A DNA stretch of 64,000 nt, from NCBI RefSeq assembly GCF_009914755.1, contig NC_060926.1; one strand, 5' to 3'. Made by a program: the position numbers and the translations under genes. Positions within the stretch are counted from its first letter, which is position 1; every line of letters starts with the position of its first letter. Below the pieces are notes generated by a model. That model did no database searches, was not told where the DNA came from, and saw nothing but the letters and a program-made list of their open reading frames with translations. Origin of the DNA: the human T2T-CHM13v2.0 reference genome, Homo sapiens. This document shows, piece by piece, positions 26,001 through 33,375 of this stretch.

Positions 26001-26199
26001 GGTCAAGCGGCATTGCAGAAGAAAATAAGGCATTTAAGTTTTAGGTCAGGTGTGAGTTGAAGAGGTTTTAAGTTTTTGAGAACACAGGCTAAGGGAGAAG
26101 AAGGAGGAATGGGAGGTGAAAACTTACCCATAGTGAAGGAGGCAAGCCCAGAGAAAAGAGTAGAGACACGGAGAAGGGGTGGGGGGTTCTTGCCCTCCA

Positions 26200-26565
26200 G
26201 AAAAGCAGAGAAGGGGTTGGGGCACGGAAATAAGGGATTGGGGCACAGAGATAAGAGGTCAGGGTGCAGAAATAAGGGATTGGGGCACAGAGATAAGAGG
26301 TTGGGGTATGGAAATAAGTGATTGGGGGGTTCTTGCCCCCTAGGAAAGCGGGACTTGCCGCTAAGGGTGAAGGAGAAGGGGTTGAGGGGTACTTGCCCCT
26401 GCCCCAGGAAAGCAGAGAAGGGGTAGAGACAAGGAGAGAAGGGGTTGGGGTACTTGCCCCTTCCCCAGAAAAGCAAAGAAGGGGTAGAAACAAGGAGAGA
26501 AGGGGTTGGGGTACTTGCCCCTTCCCCAGAAAAGCGGGACTTGCCGCTAAGGGTGAAGGACCAAG
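26200..26565. repeat. Tandem and direct repeats in the HERV-H leader/pre-gag region
   Basis: About 21-bp units ggggcac(a/g)ga(g/a)ataag; three copies of aggggttg.gggtacttgcccct; two copies of aaagcgggacttgccgctaagggtgaagga. Confidence 0.85.
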
Positions 26566-26830
26566 GCAGGCGTCCCTGCGTGGTCTGACACCTTTGAAAC
26601 GTGGGTGAATAATCAGAGGCGTCCCTGCATGATTAAACACCAAGGGAAGGCTGCCTTCCCAGTCCGTGACCGGCGCCAGAGTTTTCGGTCCATGGATAAA
26701 ACGTGTCTCCTTTGTCTCTCCCAGAAAATGAAAGGAATTGAAATTAAGAGAAGGGAGAGATTGAAGAGTGGAAAGGAGAAAGTGGTTGAGGGACAGTGAG
26801 AGAGGTTGGAGAAGACAGTAAGAAGAGGCC

Positions 26831-26840
26831 GCTTACCTGA
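26831..26840 (-). promoter_or_regulatory. HERV-H major splice donor TCAG|GTAAGC
   Basis: Plus strand gcttacctga, about 145 nt downstream of the 5' LTR, where the HERV-H donor is known to lie. Confidence 0.85.
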
Positions 26841-26962
26841 TTTAAAATTGGTGAGATGTTCCTTGGGCTGGTCGGTCTGAGGACCTGAGGTCATAGGTGG
26901 ATCTTTCTCATGGAGCAAAGAACAGGAGTACAGGGGATTGATCTCCCAAGGGAGGTCCCCCG

Positions 26963-26980
26963 ATCCAAGTCACGGCACCA
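26963..26980 (-). other. Primer binding site for tRNA-His
   Basis: TGGTGCCGTGACTTGGAT, one C>T change from TGGTGCCGTGACTCGGAT, 2 nt after the 5' LTR. Confidence 0.93.
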
Positions 26981-26982
26981 AA

Positions 26983-27416
26983 TTTCATGAGCATCCATGT
27001 GAAGAGACCACCAAACAGGCTTTGTGTGAGCAATAAAGCTGTTTATTTCACCTGGGTGCAGGTGGGCTGAGTCCGAAAAGAGAGTCAGCGAAGGGAGATA
27101 GGGGTGGGGCCGTTTTATAGGATTTGGGAAGGTAATGGAAAATTACAGTCAAAGGGGGTTGTTCTCTGGTGGGCAGGGGCGGGGGTCACAAGGTGCTCAG
27201 TGGAGGAGCTTCTGAGCCAGAAGAAGGAAATTCACAAGGTTAATCACTCAGTTAAGTTGGGGTAGGAACAAATCACAGTGGTGGAATGTCATCAGTTAAG
27301 GCGGGGCAGGGCCTTTTGACTTCTTTTGTGATTCTTCAGTTACTTCAGGCCATCTGGGCCTATAAGTGCAAGTCACAGGGGATGCGATGGCTTGGCTTGG
27401 GCTCAGAGGCCTGACA
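26983..27416 (-). promoter_or_regulatory. HERV-H 5' LTR (LTR7), 434 bp, candidate promoter
   Basis: TATAAAA on the minus strand at 27113-27119 followed by a GCCCCACCCC GC/GT box (27101-27110); about 96% identical to the 3' LTR by hand alignment. Confidence 0.95.
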
Positions 27417-27739
27417 CCTCCCACAGCATGTGGGGATTATGGGAACTACAAATGAAAATGAGATTTGGGTGGGGACACAGCCAAACTGTATCAGTTGTTT
27501 TCTGTTTAGCCCTCAGAGGGGAAACCTAATGGCAGTTAGGGCGGGAGGGGGATATGGGGGGTATAAGGAAATGTATCTGACGTCCCTTCCTAGGCCGGGA
27601 AGTCAAGATTTCCAGGTTGCTCTGGGGTTCTCTTGGCCAGGAGAATTTCTGTTCAGGTTGAGGGACTTAAGATTGCATTTTTGTTTCTGATTGATTACAA
27701 TATCCTTAAGGGGAAGGAATATGTCTTTTTTGAGAGGTG

Positions 27740-27890
27740 ATATTTAGTATGTGTTTAAGAGCATAGGTCTGGAGCAGACTTCCTGGGCTAATCCTGGTTT
27801 GAACATTCAATGAATATGTGGCTTGAGGCAAATTATTCAGCTTCTCTATGCCTCAGTTTCCCCATCTGTAAAATTTGCTCAATAATAAAA
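27740..27890 (+). mobile_element. MIR fragment
   Basis: ttaagagcataggtctggagcagac...ctctatgcctcagtttccccatctgtaaaat. Confidence 0.7.
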
Positions 27891-28644
27891 TCCGGTTGGG
27901 ATTCACATGTCTCTGTAACATGGCGACAGGTGACTGGGTTGAGTGGACAGATTCTCAGCTCTGCTCTGGCTTGTGTGATCTGTCAACCAACTAATGGCTT
28001 ATTGTCAACATATATCCTTCATGTCAGATGCATTCTTTTGTCAGCAGTGTCCTAACTTGAGTTACATTTTTCCAGGAACTAGAAGGTATCTCGGTGCCCC
28101 CTTTTCCTTTTACTAAGGGGGAATGAAGATCCCTGAAGGGAAAGTGTCTCCCAAGTTTCAGGGACATGATGGTGGCCTCTCTAGAACATATTCCAATGTT
28201 CCTACCCAAGAAATGAGTCAGTCAGTGTTCACTTTCTTGGGAATTACGCAGGTATTTGAAGCATCTTAGTTATTGAATGGCTAGCACATTTTTCATTATA
28301 ACTTCCTGGGGGTAGATACTGAATTTCAGTGAAACCTCTCCTCAGGTGACAGAAGCTAATGAATAAAAATGGTGTCTTAGCCGCTGGGAGATTGGGCATG
28401 CTTTATGATGCAAATCTGTTTTCTATGAAGTATTTGAAAGAAGGCCATTAAATAAAAAAAATCTGCCTGCTCTAACTGCTTCAATTCCTTAAGCTGAAGT
28501 AGCATTATATACTAAAAACAGTCCAATCTTCAAAGACAAAAGTATTTTGTTTTAAATTCCAATTTCACCATTTGTTAGCTGTGTAACTTTGTGCATGTGC
28601 ATAGCATAGTCCGAACCTCACTTTCTGGAACTGTAAAATAGGGC

Positions 28645-29037
28645 TGTTAAAAGAAAATCTTTGGTCAAATTAAATTTAGCAGAGTGTAATTGAGAAAAGA
28701 ATGTTCCATGAAGTGGGCAGCATTAAGATCCACAAGATGTTTAGAGAGTTCCCATCCATAGATCTCAGGCGGAAAGGATTTATGGATAGAAAACAGAAGT
28801 GAGGTACAGAGATTGCTCAACTGGTTATAGGTTTGCCTTAATTGAACATGGTTTGATCACTTGGCCTCCTGTGAGTGACTGAAGATCGGCTACTGTGATT
28901 GGCTGAGACTTATCTATTTGTTACAAAAGTATACTCCTAAATTAGGCGTACAGTTATTTTGTGTAGTAAGTTAGGTTGCAGTTTGTTGTACTCAATGTAT
29001 GGAGGCATCCCCTGGCCAAATTTAGTTCAGTTTAACA
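28645..29037 (-). mobile_element. MER57-like ERV1 solo LTR adjoining a MIR
   Basis: tgttaaaagaaaatctttggtcaaattaaatttagcagag...ggaggcatcc...tttaaca termini. Confidence 0.7.
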
Positions 29038-29380
29038 GAAGTCATAATCACTAACAGAATTATTGTGGCACCACATTAAAAAAGGAGTATAAAATATTAT
29101 ATTTGAGAAAGTTATTATTTATATAGTATATAAAACATCCTAATTTAATGAGTAAGGGTTTAATTAGGGCAAATCAGCAAATAAAGGTAAAGCAGAGAAT
29201 AATACTGAATTGACATCTCTAGTGCATGGTGGCTAGGAAGTAAACACTCTAAAATTATTAGCCTTGTTCTTTCCATATTTAATAAATATTCATCGAGTGA
29301 TCAATACCTGGCCACTCTGTGCCAGGTAGTCAAATATGGGCATAATAGGATGCCAAACATTAATCAGAGGCAGAATATAA

Positions 29381-29670
29381 TTTTCTTTTCTTCTTTTTTG
29401 AGACAGCCTTGCTCTGTCGCCCAGGCTGGAGTACAGTGGCATGATCTTGGCTCACTGCTTGCTGGGTTCAAGCAATTCTCAGGCCTCAGCCACGGGTGTA
29501 GCTGGGATTACAGGCATGCACCACCACGCCCAGCTAATTATTGAATTTTTTTGTAGAGACAGGGTTTTTCCACCTTGGCTAGGCTGGTCTTGAACTCCTG
29601 GCCTCAGTGATCCACCTGTATCGGCCTCCCAAAGTGCTGGGATTACAGGTGTGAGCCACTGTGCCCGGAC
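29381..29670 (-). mobile_element. Alu (J or old S)
   Basis: Reverse Alu; approximate TSD cagaata(t/g)a at 29371 and 29671. Confidence 0.9.
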
Positions 29671-30509
29671 CAGAATAGATTTTTTTGTAGTCCCAAGCGC
29701 TACCTTTATCAGCTCTTTTTTGACAATGTTGTTTTGCTCAGACATTAATTACCAATTAGTAGCCTCTGAAATCAGTCACTGAGATGGCAACTAAGTCTCC
29801 TCTTTTCACCAGCACCTGCCTGTATATCTTTTTCTTGTCTTCAAGGGTCCCATGTGAGACATTGTCACATGTTTGGTGTGGATCAGACCCATTTATTTAC
29901 TGCCTTTCCCTAATTTAATGTTGTCGCTTGTCATCAGTGGTCCTGCAGTGGCTCCCTGTGATTGCAGCTTTACTTTCTGGGTGCTCACAAACCATGTCTT
30001 TAACAACGTACAGAACCCTAAGTAAATATCAAACTCTAAGAAATACTTTGCATCATGTACTTGTTCCTCCATTTTGAACACCTAGATGGCATTCGGTCTT
30101 TCAACTGATATCTGGAGCTTATCTCAAAGATGTCCACAAAATGTTACTCATCCTCTCTCTTCTATTTCATGAAAGTTTCAGATATCTTTGGCAACTGTTT
30201 AGCTCTCTGATTTGCCAATTCTCTTACTATGTCCTAAGAAACTTGAAATATTTCAAGGCAGCTGGGGGCTCTCTAAAATCTCCCCACTCACCTATGGTCT
30301 CAGATCCCCATATCTATTTTTGTGGCCCTTTAATCACTTATTGCTCATTTTTCTTTATTAAAAAGACAATTGCACATTGATAGGCAAGTTTTCTACACTG
30401 CCTGAAGGATCCACCCTGGAAATCTGACCACTCTTTTGCTCCTAATAGAAAGTAAAAAGCCTCATTGATCATCCTTATCAATTTTTGAAGCATTCTTTCC
30501 AATTTCTTT

Positions 30510-30835
30510 CAGATGGGGCTCAAGACATGCTACCCTAAAATGTGACTCCTTGGCATTTGAGAAAACCACAGAAGGAGCATGACTCCCTGCCCTTCTCCCC
30601 TGAAGCAGGCCATAAAACCTAGAAAATAATTTCTGATCTTCTCCTTCAGTAGATCAAAAGATTCACATGTGAGAGGCCCTCACCCTATACCCAGAGAAAA
30701 GGAACCTCCTCCATGCTGGAGACACAGAAACACAAAGGAGAATCTGAACAAGCTGGCCTTGCTAAGTTCCCCCCAGTTCACTATCATTAAATTATACCCC
30801 CTTTTCCAATCATACTTCACAACCATTCCCCTTAC
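30510..30835 (+). mobile_element. ERV1 LTR 5' fragment (MER34/LTR48/LTR49-like)
   Basis: catgctaccctaaaat...ttggcatttgag...cctgaagcaggccataaaacc...gaatctgaacaagctggccttgctaagttcccc. Confidence 0.5.
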
Positions 30836-31458
30836 ATAGCAATCTACCTAATGGAATCAGAGGCTCAAGTGAAGAAAATAAGCTTAGCAATTTACTTGAA
30901 TTTTAAATTCTAAAACTTTAATAATTCTTCTTTAGGGTTTGAATGAAAAACTTCAGTTACAGGAAAAAGCCAGTATTTAATGGCTCCAGTGTATTAGAGC
31001 TTCTTTTCTTAAAGTAAAGGGGTTTAAAAGTCAAGTGCTACACACTGGGAGGAAAATACATGCATACGAAAGAGCTCTTAAAGGTATCCTCAGGTCAGCA
31101 AACTTTGTGATTAAAATTGCCACTGTCAAGTGAAAAGTTTTTAATGAAAGAATCCTGTCTCACAGTTCCTGTGATCAAAATCTTTCTATCTTGATGCATT
31201 CTCATTGCCAGCATGTCATCAGCTCTAGTCTAATAAGTACTCTTTTCTCCTATCACCTTTGCAATCAGCTTCTCTTGTGGCAGAAGGCAGAGGCAAAATG
31301 AGGGACTGGCACATCCTCAAAACTCCCTCCCCTTTCTTGAAAATATTTCTATCTCTAGATTCTCCTGTTCTCTCACTCAACCGCTCACTCAGCCACTAAT
31401 TAAAACACTCATTAATTTATTATTTAATTAATAATGTAAATATTTACTGGATTCCAGA

Positions 31459-31658
31459 TGCTGGTTTTGCGGCTTGGGGGGCATCTCAGAACCTGCCGAC
31501 ATGTGATGTCTCCCCTGGACAGCCAGCTTTAAAATTTCTCTCTTTTGTAGTCTTTCCCTTTATTTCTTAGACCGGCTGACACTTACGGAAATAGAAAAGA
31601 ACCCATGTGAAATAACATTGAAATAACATTGAATTATCAGGGGTGGGTTCCCCCGCTA
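31459..31658 (+). mobile_element. MER11 (HERV-K11/HML-8 LTR) 3'-terminal fragment
   Basis: gaacctgccgacatgtgatgtctcccc...cagctttaaaatttctctcttttgta...gaaatagaaaagaacc...ttcccccgcta. Confidence 0.85.
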
Positions 31659-31673
31659 AGTCCCAATATCAGT

Positions 31674-32136
31674 CTTTTTTTCTTCAGTTGCAAGATTTAA
31701 TAGAGTGAAATAGAGTGAAAACAGAGCTTCCATACAAAGGGAGGGGACCCAAAGTGGGTTGCTGTTGCTGGCTCGAATGCCTGGGTTTATGTCCTGATCA
31801 TTGTCCCTCCCGCTGTGCTCTCAGGCAATAGATGATTGGCTATTTCTTTACCTCCTGTTTTTGCCTAATTAGTATTTTAGTGAGCTCTCTGATCGGTTGG
31901 GTGTGAGCTAAGTTGCAAGCCCCGTGTTTAAAGGTAGATGCGGTCACCTTCCCAGCTAGGCTTAGGGATTCTTAGTCGGCCTAGGAAATCCAGCTAGTCC
32001 TGTCTCTCAGTCCCCGCTCTCAACAGGAAAACCCAAGTGCTGTTGGGGAGGTTTGCCGATGACCGCTCTAACTGCTTCCTGCTGAATTGGGGCATAGTAG
32101 GGGTTGTGCAGTTGAGATTTCCTCAGGAGGGGTGCC
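31674..32136 (-). pseudogene. HERV-W processed pseudogene: env 3' end, LTR17 U3-R and poly(A), L1-mobilised and 5'-truncated
   Basis: Minus strand encodes GTPPEEISTAQPLLCPNSAGSS* (32136-32068), then a PPT, then TGAGAGACAGGACTAGCTGG... (from 32009) to ATTAAATCTTGCAACTG and an A tail; TSD ccaatatcagt. Confidence 0.93.
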
Positions 32137-32278
32137 AATATCAGTTTTAATCTCAATAATCTCATTTTATGTGATTATGAAATATATTGAATTCAGAGCA
32201 TCTCCAAAACAGCCCATAAGGTCAGAACTTCTAGATATGACAGAGTGAAGAAGACTTTAAAAAAAGAAAAAAGAAACA

Positions 32279-32556
32279 TGTTGGGTGCAGTGGCTCACGC
32301 CTGTAATCCCAGCACTTTGGGAGGCTGAGTCAGGCAGATTGCTTGAGCCCAGGAGTTTATGACCAGCCTGGGTAACATGGCAAAACTCCATCTCTACAAA
32401 AAGTACACACACACAAAAATTAGCCAGGTGTGGTGGCCTGCACCTGTGGTCCCAGCTACCTGGGAGGTTGATGTTGCAGTGAGCTGAGACTGTGCCACTG
32501 TACTCCAGCCTGGGTGACAGAATTACATCTTATCTCAAAAAAAGAAAAAAAAAAAG
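32279..32556 (+). mobile_element. AluJ with a right-arm deletion
   Basis: gggtgcagtggctcacgcctgtaatcccagcactttggg...cagcctgggtgacaga and an A tail. Confidence 0.9.
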
Positions 32557-32611
32557 AATTCAATGTGTTGTATGTTGTTTGTATGTTGACCAAAGTGGAA
32601 AAACAAATTAG

Positions 32612-33375
32612 CTAAGAAATCATTCCAAGACCCATGCTTTGAAGATTTTCCCGCATGTTTTCTTCTAGAACTTTTGCAACTTTAGGTCTCATATTTAAGT
32701 CTTTGATCCATTTTGAGTTGATTTTCATGAGTGTTATAAGATAAGGGCCCAATTTCATTATTTTGTATATAGATATCCAGTTTTCCTAATACTATTTGTT
32801 GCGGAGACTACACTTTTTTCATTGTAAAATCTTGGTACCCTTGCTGAGTATCATTTGGTACATTGGGTTTGTTTTTGGCTCTCTATTCTGTTCCATTAGT
32901 CTATATGTCTGTCTTTATATCAGCACCATACTGTTTTGATTACCATAGTTTTGTAAAAGTTAGGAAGTATGAGGCTGCCAGTTTGTTATTCTTTCTGTAA
33001 ATTGTTTTGGCTATTCAAGGTCCTTTGTGATTCCATGTAAATTTTAGGATTGTTTTTACTATTTCTGCAAAAAATGCTGTAGGGATTTTCATAGAGATTA
33101 TTTTAAATCTGTACATTGGTGTGGGTACTATGGCTATATTAATAATATGAAGTCTTCCAAACCATGAACATGGATGCCTTTTTATTTATGTCCTGTTTAA
33201 ATAATTTTCAGCAACATTTTATAGTTTTCAACATACAAGTTTTTTGCCTTTTTGGTTAAATTTATTCCTAAGTATTTTAGCCTTTTTGATGCTACTGTAA
33301 ACGGGCTTATTCTCTTAACTTACTTTCAGTTTATTTGCTGTTGGTGTATAGAAACACAACTTATTTTTTGTGCTT
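32612..33375 (-). mobile_element. L1M ORF2 segment (inverted 5' part)
   Basis: atttaagtctttgatccattttgagttgatttt...tttggctattc...ccatgaacatggatg is reverse L1 ORF2. Confidence 0.85.

Larger units (their letters stand above)
21656..27416 (-). mobile_element. HERV-H provirus, 5,761 bp, deleted (RTVL-H2-type) form
   Basis: Two LTR7s, His-tRNA PBS, PPT, gag zinc knuckle, protease/RT/integrase remnants, TSD CCTCC at 21651-21655 and 27417-27421. Confidence 0.97.
21354..27493 (-). mobile_element. THE1D/C-like MaLR solo LTR split by HERV-H (halves 21354-21655 and 27417-27493)
   Basis: tgtattagtctgttctc...aggtccctcc | cacagcatgtggggattatgggaactaca...ccaaactgtatca; flanking TSD GTTGA/GTTGT. Confidence 0.88.
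21240..27690 (-). mobile_element. MER4-group (MER72/MER83-like) ERV1 LTR split into about 21240-21353 and 27494-27690
   Basis: aatgctggttagttgtg...aatatcagtgg...cttttgaaa continues as tttctgtttagccc...cctaatggcagttag...ctggggttctcttggcc...cttaagatt once the THE1 is removed. Confidence 0.55.

Noticed and set aside
26200-26565. Repeat array superficially like a CRISPR array
   Set aside because: The units are degenerate tandem copies without unique spacers, lie inside a primate ERV leader, and have no cas genes nearby.
26003-26918. Long overlapping ORFs (up to 184 aa) in the HERV-H leader
   Set aside because: Low-complexity Pro/Leu/Ser translations of C/T-rich repeats with no recognisable domain. 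Translation cannot be excluded but is unsupported.
26963-26980. tRNA-His-like sequence
   Set aside because: Only the 18-nt PBS complement; no cloverleaf or A/B boxes.
21656-27416. Naming the provirus as a known locus such as ESRG or LINC-ROR
   Set aside because: I cannot place the flanks from memory; it needs mapping.
32068-32136. A functional syncytin-like gene
   Set aside because: Only the last 22 codons are present, with no start codon, SU or TM core.
29381-32556. Inverted Alu pair as a dsRNA or editing substrate
   Set aside because: Old, diverged and partly deleted Alus about 2.6 kb apart, a common arrangement with no evidence of transcription.
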